A DNA stretch of 64,000 nt from a virus: UHGV virus genome UHGV-1358930, one strand, 5' to 3'. Within the stretch, counting starts at the first letter, position 1, and each line of letters opens with the position of its first letter. A program made the position numbers and the translations under genes. This document shows, in pieces, positions 1 through 9,720 of the stretch. The notes under the pieces are model-generated. The model did no database searches. It was not told where the DNA came from and saw only the letters and a program-made list of their open reading frames with translations.

Positions 1-239
1 CATGTAACAGCCTATCATTTGGCGGAGTACTGACAGCACTTAATTCGGAAGTTATCTGTGACAAAGAAAAGTTCAACAAGATTATGGACATGACTCCGTT
101 AAGGAAGTGGGCTACAGCTGAAGAGTGTGCAGAATGGACATACTTCATCTCAGTTGTAAATAAATCAATGTCAGGACAAGATATCATTATCGATAACATG
201 GAAACTAGAAACAATCAGTTTGTTTGGTAAAGTATTCAA

Positions 240-300
240 AGAGAGTTTTGTATTCCTTTGAAACCCTCTCTGAAAATAAAAATAATAAGGAGAAGTAAAA
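240..300 (+). promoter_or_regulatory. Candidate preQ1-I-like riboswitch/translational leader upstream of the que operon: P1 hairpin AGAGAG(240-245)/CTCTCT(266-271) with 20-nt loop, then A-rich tail containing the SD AAGGAG (288-293)
   Basis: Hairpin + A-rich tail ending in SD resembles preQ1-I aptamers (AGAG...CCCUCU + AUAAAAAACUAAGG); located directly 5' of queF; loop longer than canonical. Confidence 0.3.
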
Positions 301-302
301 AA

Positions 303-1814
303 ATGCTAAAATCAAACAATGGAAGAACATCCGAAGACTTATCAGGAGTAACTCTACTTGGTAATAACAACACTGAGTACAACTACGACTATACTCCAGA
401 AGTTCTAGAAACATTTGTAAACAAGCATCCTGACAACGATTATGTTGTCACATTTGATGCTTATGAATTTACAAGCAAGTGTGTCACCGGAGACACTATG
501 ATAGATGTTGCATGTAATGAAACTGACAATCCGGATGGAATTCCAATCAAAGATTTGGTAGGTACAGAAGGATATGTGTTTTGTGTAGATCCCACTACAT
601 TACAACCATTATGTAGGAAGTATCGAGATGTACGAAAGACTGGAGAAAGTGTACCTGTAGTTAAAGTACTCATGCAAAGTTTGAGAACAGATGGAAAGGG
701 TAACACATACTATGAATCTTCTGAAATCAAGTGTACACCTGATCATATGATATTGGTGAAAAAAGGATTCCATGATAGCGAATGGGTGTGTGCAAAAGAT
801 CTCAAACCTGGCATGAGGTTGATTGCAAATCAAAGAAGTGGAGATGTAATACGATCTAAACTTCGACACAGACTTATTGGGGAAGCAATTTTTGATGAAG
901 ATATTATGAATATTCATCATATAGACGGTAATCATTACAATAATGACCCATCTAATCTATCTAATTTATCTTCTCATGATCATCACCATCTTCATAGATC
1001 TCAAGAATATGGATACGATAATTTAGATGTATCATACTTAGTTGATCTGTATAACTCCGGAGAAAACTTCAACTCCATAGCAAAGATGTTCAACTGTGAT
1101 GTATCTACCATTGAATCTAGAATAGGTAATATAGTTGGAAGACGGACACAATCAGAGTCATTATCACTACGAAATAACTTGTTGAATAAAGAGCGGGATA
1201 GCGAAATCTGTGAATTGTACAACAAAGGATACTTGCTATCTGAAATTGCAGATTACTTAAATATCCACAGTACAACAGTGTTAGGAGCACTAGAAAGACA
1301 CGGCATCCCTCGCAGAGAATCGAACTTCTCTAGGTACAATCGAAAGAAATTGAACCTCCCACCATTGAATCATAAAGTACTAGCTGTACTAGATGGTGGA
1401 TATGAAGATGTGTACAACATGGAAGTAGAAGGAGTTGAAAACTATTTTGCCAATGAAGTGATAGTCCATAACTGCCCAAAAACGGGGCAGCCAGATTTTG
1501 CAAAAGTTGTAATTAGTTACATTCCTAATGAGAGAATGGTTGAAAGCAAGTCCCTAAAGCTTTACCTCTTTTCTTTCCGCAATCATGGAGATTTCCACGA
1601 AGACTGCATGAACATCATCATGAAGGATCTAATTCATCTTATGGATCCGAAGTACATTGAAGTAAAAGGTATTTTTTCTCCAAGAGGAGGTATCTCCATC
1701 TTTCCCTTTGTTAACTACGCGAATCCGAAATTTAATTATCAGGATTTTGCAAAGTCTCGAATGCTGGAGGCGCTTAGAGATTCGAGCAATAGAACAGTAA
1801 GATACGATATGTGA
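303..1814 (+). CDS. queF: NADPH-dependent 7-cyano-7-deazaguanine reductase QueF (preQ0->preQ1), interrupted by an intein (ORF track start 258 is a TTG inside the leader hairpin; ATG 303 has SD AAGGAG)
   Basis: Exteins 'EFTSK|C..' and '[18 protein letters not shown]...[19 protein letters not shown]' match QueF catalytic motif E(F)TSLCPxTGQPD; intein splice signatures C...HN|C. Confidence 0.8.
   Translation: MLKSNNGRTSEDLSGVTLLGNNNTEYNYDYTPEVLETFVNKHPDNDYVVTFDAYEFTSKCVTGDTMIDVACNETDNPDGIPIKDLVGTEGYVFCVDPTTLQPLCRKYRDVRKTGESVPVVKVLMQSLRTDGKGNTYYESSEIKCTPDHMILVKKGFHDSEWVCAKDLKPGMRLIANQRSGDVIRSKLRHRLIGEAIFDEDIMNIHHIDGNHYNNDPSNLSNLSSHDHHHLHRSQEYGYDNLDVSYLVDLYNSGENFNSIAKMFNCDVSTIESRIGNIVGRRTQSESLSLRNNLLNKERDSEICELYNKGYLLSEIADYLNIHSTTVLGALERHGIPRRESNFSRYNRKKLNLPPLNHKVLAVLDGGYEDVYNMEVEGVENYFANEVIVHNCPKTGQPDFAKVVISYIPNERMVESKSLKLYLFSFRNHGDFHEDCMNIIMKDLIHLMDPKYIEVKGIFSPRGGISIFPFVNYANPKFNYQDFAKSRMLEALRDSSNRTVRYDM
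480..1472 (+). mobile_element. Intein (~331 aa) inserted at QueF catalytic Cys; contains HNH homing endonuclease motif ([17 protein letters not shown]) and two HTH (sigma-70 region-4-like) repeats
   Basis: Starts '[10 protein letters not shown]' (block A), ends 'VIVHN' followed by Cys+1 'CPKTGQPD'; HNH motif HHIDGN..N. Confidence 0.8.
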
Positions 1815-1912
1815 AACAACGGGAAGATATAAATATAGTAAAGTCTGTAGATACGTACAGCAAAAAAAAGCAGCAAACTCTAGAATAGATTACAATTACT
1901 TAGAAAGGTTAG

Positions 1913-2656
1913 ATGAAAATGGAAAACAAAAGAAATTCAAACAAAAAAGCGTTGGTGCTCTCGTCAGGTGGAGTAGACTCCACTACTTGCGTAGGTATTG
2001 CTGTAAATGAATTAGGTTCTGAAAATGTTAGCACTGTATCGGTGTTTTATGGACAGAAACACAATAAAGAACTTGAATGCGCTGAAAAAGTAGCTGAATT
2101 TTATAATGTAAAGCACTATGTTCTTGACTTGTCTAATGTCCTTCAGTACAGCAACTGTTCTCTAATGAAGAACAGCACAGAAGAAATCCCTATGATGAGC
2201 TACGCAGAGCAGATTGAAAAGAATGGTAAACCATCAACAGAAGTTCCATTGAGAAATGGACTCATGCTCATGGCAGTTGGCTCATTAGCTATGCAACTTT
2301 ATCCAGAAGCTGATGTCGATATTTACATTGGAGCACATGCCGATGATGCTGCAGGTAATGCTTATCCAGATTGCTCTGCAGAATTCATTCAAAACGTAAA
2401 AGAAGCAATATTGATTGGATCTAGATATAAAGTTAACTTAGTTTCTCCATTTGTGAATCATAACAAATCAGAAGTTGTTAAATTAGGGTTATCTATAGGT
2501 GCTCCGTATGAATTAACAACTTCCTGTTACAATGGCAGAGAGAAAGCTTGTGGATTGTGTGGAACCTGCAGAGATCGTATAGCTGCATTCAAAGCAAACA
2601 ATGCAATTGACCCAATTGAATATGAAATTGACGACCCATTCAAAGAAATGCGATGA
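1913..2656 (+). CDS. queC: 7-cyano-7-deazaguanine synthase QueC
   Basis: PP-loop '[13 protein letters not shown]', C-terminal Zn-binding CGLCGTC typical of QueC. Confidence 0.85.
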   Translation: MKMENKRNSNKKALVLSSGGVDSTTCVGIAVNELGSENVSTVSVFYGQKHNKELECAEKVAEFYNVKHYVLDLSNVLQYSNCSLMKNSTEEIPMMSYAEQIEKNGKPSTEVPLRNGLMLMAVGSLAMQLYPEADVDIYIGAHADDAAGNAYPDCSAEFIQNVKEAILIGSRYKVNLVSPFVNHNKSEVVKLGLSIGAPYELTTSCYNGREKACGLCGTCRDRIAAFKANNAIDPIEYEIDDPFKEMR

Positions 2657-2663
2657 TGTTCAA

Positions 2664-3260
2664 ATGGAAATATGGCGACCTGCTAAAGGATATGAAGATA
2701 AATATGAGGTGAGCAATTTAGGACGAGTAAGAAATTCAAAGCATTATATCATGAAACCACATCTACAAGATGATGGATATCTTTGGATATACCTTGCGTC
2801 TAAAACTAGTCCTAACAACACATCAATTCATAGGCTAGTTGCTAAAACGTTTATTCCGAATCCAGAAGGCAAACCGCAAGTAAATCACATAGACGGGAAC
2901 AAAACAAATAATCGAGTTGAGAATCTAGAATGGGTTACAGGATCTGAAAATGTTAAACATGCTTATGCCAATAATCTAATTGCAGACAAATCTCCTGAAG
3001 GCATCAGAAATATTGTAGCAGCAGCTAGAAAATCATTGAAGAAATATTGCAACATCCCGATAATATGTGAAACTACAGGGCAAGAGTTTGAATCTATTCA
3101 TCATGCTGCACTACATTATGATGTAGACGATACCACTATTCAAAACATCGTAAGAAATGTAACAAAAAGATCCAGAAAACTACCTGGATTGAAATTTAGA
3201 TTCAAATATCCAGAGATTACTTGTAGATCACCTCATAGAAAGAAACATTTAATTAAATAG
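2664..3260 (+). CDS. Free-standing HNH homing endonuclease (NUMOD4 + HNH_3) inserted between queC and queD
   Basis: '[11 protein letters not shown]' NUMOD4-like N-term; '[24 protein letters not shown]' HNH motif; internal Met after queC stop. Confidence 0.75.
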   Translation: MEIWRPAKGYEDKYEVSNLGRVRNSKHYIMKPHLQDDGYLWIYLASKTSPNNTSIHRLVAKTFIPNPEGKPQVNHIDGNKTNNRVENLEWVTGSENVKHAYANNLIADKSPEGIRNIVAAARKSLKKYCNIPIICETTGQEFESIHHAALHYDVDDTTIQNIVRNVTKRSRKLPGLKFRFKYPEITCRSPHRKKHLIK

Positions 3261-3276
3261 CTTTGGAGGAATGAGA

Positions 3277-3714
3277 ATGTATACAGTAAAAACAAAAGTA
3301 TCTTTTGAAGCTGCGCATCGTCTATACAATGTAGACACATACTCAAAAGAATGCAGAGATAATCTCCATGGGCACTCATACAAAGTAGAAATTGTCGTAG
3401 GCGCAGATAACTTGAACTCTGCTGGAATGGTTATTGATTTCAAGCTGCTAAAAACAGTTATTCGAGAAGAGATTGAATCTAAATATGATCATTCTTGTAT
3501 ATTGAGAAAATGCGATCCAATTGCAAATACTATCAAGGAAAACTGTAAGAAAGTTATCCTTGTTGACGAAAGTCCTACTGCAGAATGGATGGCAAAAGAA
3601 TTCTATGACATGATTGAATCTAAAGTTCATACGTATTCTTCTGATTTACATGTTGTTTCAATTGGAGTACAAGAAACAGAAAATAACATTGCGTATTATC
3701 TTCCGGAGGAATAA
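3277..3714 (+). CDS. queD: 6-carboxy-5,6,7,8-tetrahydropterin synthase QueD
   Basis: 'FEAAHRL...HGHSYKVEIVV' QueD/PTPS signature; SD GGAGGA 7 nt upstream. Confidence 0.85.
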   Translation: MYTVKTKVSFEAAHRLYNVDTYSKECRDNLHGHSYKVEIVVGADNLNSAGMVIDFKLLKTVIREEIESKYDHSCILRKCDPIANTIKENCKKVILVDESPTAEWMAKEFYDMIESKVHTYSSDLHVVSIGVQETENNIAYYLPEE

Positions 3715-3716
3715 AC

Positions 3717-4358
3717 ATGAAAGTTATCGAATTATTTAATAGTATTGATGGAGAGGGCAAACGAGCTGGTATGCTCGCTACGTTTATACGTCTGTCTACG
3801 TGCAATCTTAGATGCAGTTACTGCGATTCCGCTTACGCTTTCGATGATAAGCTTGCTGAAGAGATGTCAATTCAAAGTATTGTAGCAAACTGCGACAAAT
3901 ATGATTGTCCGCAAATTACGCTAACTGGTGGAGAGCCTTTGATTTCCAGAGACGTAGAGCTACTTTTATCCGAACTTGATTCTCATGGATATGACGTCAA
4001 TGTGGAAACAAATGGGTCTATTGATCCATCCGCATATCATAAATACAAAAATGTTTGGTTCACAATTGACTGGAAATGCCCTTCTAGCGGTATGGAGTCA
4101 AAAATGAATCCGAAAGCATTTGAAACACTTCGTGAGCAGGATGTACTAAAATTCGTAGTAGGGTCAAATGAGGACTTACAAGATGCGTTACACGTCATCA
4201 AGAAGTACAACCCAAAATGCTCAATCTATTTCAGTCCGGTATTTGGATATGATGCAAAAAATATCGTAGAATTCATGAAAGATCACAAACTGAATGATTG
4301 CAAAGTTCAGCTTCAAATTCATAAGTATATCTATGACCCGAATGCTAGAGGAGTATGA
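3717..4358 (+). CDS. queE: 7-carboxy-7-deazaguanine synthase QueE (radical SAM)
   Basis: '[10 protein letters not shown]' radical-SAM Cys triad; QueE-like length. Confidence 0.85.
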   Translation: MKVIELFNSIDGEGKRAGMLATFIRLSTCNLRCSYCDSAYAFDDKLAEEMSIQSIVANCDKYDCPQITLTGGEPLISRDVELLLSELDSHGYDVNVETNGSIDPSAYHKYKNVWFTIDWKCPSSGMESKMNPKAFETLREQDVLKFVVGSNEDLQDALHVIKKYNPKCSIYFSPVFGYDAKNIVEFMKDHKLNDCKVQLQIHKYIYDPNARGV

Positions 4359-4951
4359 TCAAAGAAGGTGTTGATATGAAAAATATTGATAAAAACAAAA
4401 TTGAAAAGCTGACAAGAGAGCTCTTAGTAGCTTTAGGCGATGATCCTGACAGAGAAGGGTTGAAGAAGACTCCAAGTCGAGTTGCAAGAATGTGTGATGA
4501 ATTATTTGAAGGTATGACACATTCGAATCACGAGATAGCTGAAATGTTCAATACATGTTTTGAAGATGTAAAAACTGGAGATCTTGTAGTGGAGAGCAAT
4601 ATTCCGATTCACTCCTGCTGCGAACATCATCTCATGCTGATGTATGATATGTCAGTAGCTATTGGATACATTCCAAATGGTAAAGTTATCGGATTATCTA
4701 AGCTTGCTAGAATTTCTGACATGGTTGGAAAGCGACTTCAGTTGCAAGAACGAATCGGTTCAGATATCGCAGATATTCTCCACGAAATTCTCAATACCAA
4801 TGACATCATTGTTGTCATTCAAGGAAAGCACGGATGCATGACAGCACGCGGCATTAAATCAAGAGAAGCAATAACTCGAACAGCTACACTTAGAGGAAGA
4901 TTTGAGTCAGATTCAGATCTACGATCCGAATTCTATTCTCTCATCAAATAA
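4355..4951 (+). CDS. folE: GTP cyclohydrolase I FolE
   Basis: '[10 protein letters not shown]' FolE active-site motif; ~190 aa. Confidence 0.85.
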   Translation: MIKEGVDMKNIDKNKIEKLTRELLVALGDDPDREGLKKTPSRVARMCDELFEGMTHSNHEIAEMFNTCFEDVKTGDLVVESNIPIHSCCEHHLMLMYDMSVAIGYIPNGKVIGLSKLARISDMVGKRLQLQERIGSDIADILHEILNTNDIIVVIQGKHGCMTARGIKSREAITRTATLRGRFESDSDLRSEFYSLIK

Positions 4952-4990
4952 CTTACTTCTGGATACAGATAAGTAGATTGAATCGTTAAT

Positions 4991-5026
4991 GTAGACGTAC
5001 TAAACTATAGTGCGTCTACAATTTTA
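4991..5026 (+). terminator. Hairpin (gtagacgtac...gtgcgtctac) followed by T-rich run after the que/folE operon
   Basis: Imperfect 10-bp stem + 'aattttatata'. Confidence 0.4.
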
Positions 5027-5077
5027 TATACTTAGTTAAATTTTACGAAAATAATCTAAAGAAATGAGGTCAAATAA

Positions 5078-5689
5078 TTGAAAAAGCTGATTAGATCTTC
5101 AACAACTGCTGTATATTCAACGCAGATCGCACCAAAAATATTAGAAATTTGGATTGTAGATGATGTTCGGCACTGCAGCGCATCCATAGCAGCTGCAGAC
5201 GAAACTGCCGAAACTCGTGAAGGGCTAGAAACAGAGAAAACATCACAAAATAAAAATTCTAGAATAAGACGAATTGAGCCAAGTGCTGATATCGAAGAAT
5301 TTCTAAATAGTATGAAGAAAGCTCCTATTCTATTTATAGAAAGATCTGCAAAAAATTCGGCATTTTTGAAGTTATATAAAACATTATCTGGAAAATTGTT
5401 TGATGTGGCTGTAGCAAAAGAACTTCTGAATCAGCTTACAGTTTCTGATTATGTATATACTACGGAAAGTGATTCAGCTAATTACAAAGGAGATGAGTTA
5501 ATTGTATTTGAACCTGTGCATGATCTAGTATCTAGAAAAAATGGAGTTGTATTGAAAAATGTCGTAATCTATATGAAAATAGATAAAACAGAGTCAAACG
5601 AAGATGAGACAGTTTTAGTATCATTTCATTCCGCTGAATTTGAAGATGACAAACCGTATAGTTCTGCGAACAACAAGGAGGATAGATGA
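5078..5689 (+). CDS. Hypothetical protein (TTG start)
   Basis: ORF 203 aa with upstream GAGGT SD. Confidence 0.4.
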   Translation: MKKLIRSSTTAVYSTQIAPKILEIWIVDDVRHCSASIAAADETAETREGLETEKTSQNKNSRIRRIEPSADIEEFLNSMKKAPILFIERSAKNSAFLKLYKTLSGKLFDVAVAKELLNQLTVSDYVYTTESDSANYKGDELIVFEPVHDLVSRKNGVVLKNVVIYMKIDKTESNEDETVLVSFHSAEFEDDKPYSSANNKEDR

Positions 5690-6165
5690 GGTACATGAAA
5701 ATTTTTGCATTTGCGGATAAGAAAGATAGCATCAAAGACAAATTGAAAGAGAAATCAGATGATTTAGTATATCACCTCGTGAAAGTATTTTTGTTCCCTA
5801 ACTGCGAAGTGAAACCTCACTGGTGTCAAGAAATCTACGGATTTATTCACAGCGTACCTAAAACTAAAAACAAGAATAAGTTCCCAGACAAGACTTTCAT
5901 CTTCAATAACACTTACGAAATCTGGGGAGATACAATTGAATCCTGTATCATAACTGCTATAAAGGATTATCCTAGTATAGTGCCATTATTTGATCAGCAC
6001 ACCGGGTTAGCTATCTGCGAAACTGCAGTTAGAGAGTATTTTGAATGGTTATCTGAGGAGCTATCTAGTATCGGAAGAGTCGCATCTTCAGATGTATACA
6101 AGAAGATTGATGAGCTAATCGAAGAAGTAGTTCAAAAATTGAATAACACAACATATGCACTATAA
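5686..6165 (+). CDS. Hypothetical protein
   Basis: 159-aa ORF overlapping upstream stop (ATGA coupling). Confidence 0.45.
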   Translation: MRYMKIFAFADKKDSIKDKLKEKSDDLVYHLVKVFLFPNCEVKPHWCQEIYGFIHSVPKTKNKNKFPDKTFIFNNTYEIWGDTIESCIITAIKDYPSIVPLFDQHTGLAICETAVREYFEWLSEELSSIGRVASSDVYKKIDELIEEVVQKLNNTTYAL

Positions 6166-6221
6166 GGAAAAGAAATCTGAACTGAATCATCAAAACGATA
6201 GGAATAAAGGAGAATTTGCTT

Positions 6222-6692
6222 ATGTATGTTAGGAAAATTATGACAGACACAACAAAGCATGCAATGGAGACATTGATGCGAAACATTGGAGGACCGTTTG
6301 GAGCTGCAATTGTTAAAAACGGAGAAGTAATCTGTGTAGAATCAAATTCGGTGTTAAGGGATAAAGACCCAACAGCACATGCGGAAATGAATGCTATTCG
6401 ATCTGCATGCAGAAAGTTGAAGACTTACGATCTAAGTGACTGCGAATTGTATGCAACTGGCAGCCCTTGTCCTATGTGCTTAAGTGCAATAATCTGGGCA
6501 AATATCAAGACAGTATACTATTCTGGTACGTACGAAGATTGCAAGAAGATTGGATTTAGAGATGACTTCATTTTCAATTTCATCAAGAATGATTGCAAGA
6601 ACGATGATATTGTTAAACTAGAATTGCATGACAATGATCTGGCAAATACATTGTACAACGCATATGAAACATTCTCAGGAGAATTATACTAA
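6222..6692 (+). CDS. CDA-fold guanine deaminase-like protein (GuaD-like)
   Basis: 'GGPFGAAIV...DPTAHAEMNAIRSA...GSPCPMCLSAIIWA' closely parallels B. subtilis GuaD (GGPFGAVIV...HAE..PCPMC), ~156 aa. Confidence 0.6.
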   Translation: MYVRKIMTDTTKHAMETLMRNIGGPFGAAIVKNGEVICVESNSVLRDKDPTAHAEMNAIRSACRKLKTYDLSDCELYATGSPCPMCLSAIIWANIKTVYYSGTYEDCKKIGFRDDFIFNFIKNDCKNDDIVKLELHDNDLANTLYNAYETFSGELY

Positions 6693-6693
6693 C

Positions 6694-7092
6694 ATGTACA
6701 GCATGCAAACTTCAGAATTTAATCTAACTGAACACTTGAAACGATACGTCAATTACACAGAGGTTATAATCTTTCCAGACGGACACATTGAATATGCGAT
6801 TCCTTCGCACCAAGAGAAACTTATTTCTATATTGTGTAGTATGGAGCACAAATCGCGACAACAAGTTATAGACGAAACACCCCCAGAATATTATTTTGAT
6901 TGGCTGAACTATTTACTCAATAAAACAGGATGTATTTCGGTTTGGTTTGATTTCATCATCACTACAAATCGCATGACAGATGCGCAAAACGACACAATTA
7001 TCAACTTGATACAATCTGGAGCAGTGCGATTAGACAAGAATAAGAATGAACCTAATATTTATTTGAAATATAGCAAATATGCAAGAAAGTGA
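6694..7092 (+). CDS. Hypothetical protein
   Basis: ORF with internal ATG after GGAG. Confidence 0.4.
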   Translation: MYSMQTSEFNLTEHLKRYVNYTEVIIFPDGHIEYAIPSHQEKLISILCSMEHKSRQQVIDETPPEYYFDWLNYLLNKTGCISVWFDFIITTNRMTDAQNDTIINLIQSGAVRLDKNKNEPNIYLKYSKYARK

Positions 7093-7475
7093 TTCTTATG
7101 AAAAAACGAGTAATAGAAATTCCTGAAATATCAAATTTCGCATTTGTGCTCAATTCCTCCGAGATATTGTCTTCTATATCCACTCGAGATCTTCTCAAAA
7201 ATATTGTAAGGTGTAGATCATCTAACATATGGGGATATGGTATAAATGTCAAGGATAAAAAAGACAGAGTCGGAAACATGATCATTCAATTCAAAAACAA
7301 ATACGGCGGACCTGACGATGTATACATGTATTACGATGTACCTATTGAGGTGTATAGAAGGATGATAACCGCACCAAGTAAGGGTCACTATATGTGGTAC
7401 AATATCCGTAACAGATACAAGTATTCAAAGTTAACTGGAAATAAGCGTGGAGTTTTACCTAATGCAGTGAATTGA
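7089..7475 (+). CDS. Hypothetical protein
   Basis: 128-aa ORF, translationally coupled. Confidence 0.4.
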   Translation: MILMKKRVIEIPEISNFAFVLNSSEILSSISTRDLLKNIVRCRSSNIWGYGINVKDKKDRVGNMIIQFKNKYGGPDDVYMYYDVPIEVYRRMITAPSKGHYMWYNIRNRYKYSKLTGNKRGVLPNAVN

Positions 7476-7546
7476 AGAAAATGGTATCACAAGAAAAATC
7501 AAAATATCTGTAAGCAAAATAAAATTTCTTAGATGGATGTGTATGT

Positions 7547-7834
7547 ATGAGATATTTGATTGCGTATGTTCCTTATACTAGACGAGAGGAGAACATTGAG
7601 CTTATATTTTGCGATACGGTAAGAGAACTGCTACAAGTGATTGTAGAAAATATCGGATGTGCTCCTGTGGAATATTATGAAGACGGAGTTTTCTACGATT
7701 ACGACGGATATGAAGTTGATTTCTCGTTGCAGTCCTGCTTGTCTTACTTGAAGGAGCATTTCGTCGGTGATGGGTCTTACGGTGCTGTTTTGCTAACTAT
7801 CGCAAAGGGCAGAACTGTTCTGTTCCAAGGCTGA
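7547..7834 (+). CDS. Hypothetical protein
   Basis: 95-aa ORF. Confidence 0.35.
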   Translation: MRYLIAYVPYTRREENIELIFCDTVRELLQVIVENIGCAPVEYYEDGVFYDYDGYEVDFSLQSCLSYLKEHFVGDGSYGAVLLTIAKGRTVLFQG

Positions 7835-7878
7835 TAGATTCTACAATAAGGCTAAGTCAAAATAAAATAAGGATCGTT

Positions 7879-7930
7879 AAATACATTGCAAGTAGATCTA
7901 TTCAAAATAACTTGCAATGTATTTATTATT
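7879..7930 (+). terminator. Perfect 15-bp inverted repeat (aaatacattgcaagt / acttgcaatgtattt, 16-nt loop) followed by ATTATTTT; left arm overlaps an AATCGTTAAATA motif
   Basis: Seen directly; strong stem-loop + T-rich tail. Confidence 0.55.
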
Positions 7931-8058
7931 TTGAGGAGATGATATAGGAAATTTGAAACGATAACATAATCAATATAAGAATACACATCAAAACCGTAAC
8001 TAACGATCTGCGCCAAGCTCGCAAAGATCGCAGCCTATCAAGAAAGGAACATTTATCA

Positions 8059-8712
8059 ATGGATGTAGTAAAGAATATGCGTGGAAGTATTTGGTGGTTG
8101 AAAGACGAATTTGATAAATACAAAGGTGAAAGAGGCATCCTTAGAGGTTCTAGGCCGGTTATCATTATGAATAATCCAGCAAACGAATATAATGATTGCA
8201 CTATTACATATTTGCCGATTTCTAAGTGCGAATCTCATGCTGGTGATGATAGTCGAATTCAAATGTTTTATCAGGTACCTATTCAGATTCCTGGTAATAA
8301 ATCTAGTTATGTATGTTGTAATAGCATCATGACTACAACTACTTCTCATCTTGGAGAATATGTTGGGCAGATTTCAGAAGATAAGCTAAAAGAAGTCGAA
8401 GCCGAATTGATGCGTTATCTTTCTCTTTCTGAAAAAGTCGTTACACGAGAAGTAATAAAAGAGGTTAGGGATACAGACAAGGCAACGAAAACAACTTCTT
8501 TTTCTATTACAGACGCTGTCGCTTGTCCAGAACTCAAAAAAGTATATTCTAGTTGTACTGAAATGGCTAAAGATCTTAACTGCTCTCCTGCGTCTATCAG
8601 CAAGTCGAGTAGATGGGGAAGTAAGCTGATGCACAAATACACAGTGTTTAAAGTAGCAACGGCTGCTGGAAACTATGTTTGCAAAACTAAGGAGGAAATC
8701 AAAAATGAGTGA
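8059..8712 (+). CDS. Hypothetical protein
   Basis: 217-aa ORF. Confidence 0.4.
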   Translation: MDVVKNMRGSIWWLKDEFDKYKGERGILRGSRPVIIMNNPANEYNDCTITYLPISKCESHAGDDSRIQMFYQVPIQIPGNKSSYVCCNSIMTTTTSHLGEYVGQISEDKLKEVEAELMRYLSLSEKVVTREVIKEVRDTDKATKTTSFSITDAVACPELKKVYSSCTEMAKDLNCSPASISKSSRWGSKLMHKYTVFKVATAAGNYVCKTKEEIKNE

Positions 8713-9664
8713 GCTACTTAATATTCCTGGAATTCTTTGGCAAGACCTAGGAACACGAACTGATTCAGAAAACACAACACTTGACAGCTTGATGACGAAA
8801 GCAGGTGCAAACTACACTGTATCTGCATACAAGATGTATACAGAAGTAGCAAACAGCGTACAAGGATATCATGCTATTTACAGAAATGACGACAAACGTC
8901 TGATGTGTGTAGTAAATAATTTCTACCCTGAACTTGTTCAGAATAACATGACGTTTGCTCTCATGGAACCTCTGATGGCTGCGGGACTTGTATCATTTGA
9001 ATTTTCGTCTGTAGCATCAGGTGGACTGTATCACTACGGTGTATTCAAATCTAATAAGACATGTAAGATCCTTAATGAAGATATTGAACATTATTTTCTT
9101 GTAGTGAATGATCATAGCAAGACTGATAGAAAAGTTTCTGTATTCAATCTGCCTGTACGAAAAAAGAATGAAACTATTCTTTTCTGCTCCATGACAAACA
9201 GTGCTTATAAGCTTCGTATGCCAGTTTCTGAAGATAACCTGTCCAATGAAGCTGCTGGCACTATGATCATGTCTTCGATTGATGACGCATTCCTTTGGTG
9301 CGAAATCAAACTAAAAAAGCTATATAATAAGAAGATTGAGCTTGAGGACGTTGCTAAGGTTATGGACGAGTTGTTTCCTTACGTTTCTGCTTCAAATGGA
9401 GATCCGTTGGATACAAAAGCAAACGAAAAAGTTGACGAGCTCAGAAGCACCTTCCAAGAGTGCATTGATTCAGATGATAATGATGAATATCGTCAAACTG
9501 CACTATATCTTTACCTTGGTATGCTAGATTATACGCAGCACTACTGGGCAAGTGCAGAAAAAGGATACGACATCAACAAGAAGATGACCGTAGTACCTGG
9601 ATTCTTTACTTCGATTGATACAGAAGGTGCTAAAGTAGCTAAGCTGCTAAAAATGCTGAAGTAG
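8705..9664 (+). CDS. Hypothetical protein (start at ATG after SD AAGGAGG)
   Basis: ORF 8675..9664; internal Met 8705 preceded by AAGGAGG. Confidence 0.45.
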   Translation: MSELLNIPGILWQDLGTRTDSENTTLDSLMTKAGANYTVSAYKMYTEVANSVQGYHAIYRNDDKRLMCVVNNFYPELVQNNMTFALMEPLMAAGLVSFEFSSVASGGLYHYGVFKSNKTCKILNEDIEHYFLVVNDHSKTDRKVSVFNLPVRKKNETILFCSMTNSAYKLRMPVSEDNLSNEAAGTMIMSSIDDAFLWCEIKLKKLYNKKIELEDVAKVMDELFPYVSASNGDPLDTKANEKVDELRSTFQECIDSDDNDEYRQTALYLYLGMLDYTQHYWASAEKGYDINKKMTVVPGFFTSIDTEGAKVAKLLKMLK

Positions 9665-9685
9665 TAAAATACAAAGTAAAAAATT

Positions 9686-9720
9686 GAGCCGAAGCGTGAC
9701 AACTTCGGCTCTTTTATTAT
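9686..9720. terminator. Bidirectional rho-independent terminator between convergent genes (gagccgaag...cttcggctc + TTTTATTATTTT)
   Basis: 9-bp perfect stem, A-run 5' and T-run 3'. Confidence 0.7.

Noticed and set aside
461-1225. Antisense ORFs (461..706 -, 609..935 -, 1001..1225 -) inside queF/intein
   Set aside because: Fully embedded opposite a well-supported coding region, with no RBS and a low-complexity translation. They are typical spurious ORFs of AT-rich DNA. The same applies to most other short - strand ORFs in the track.
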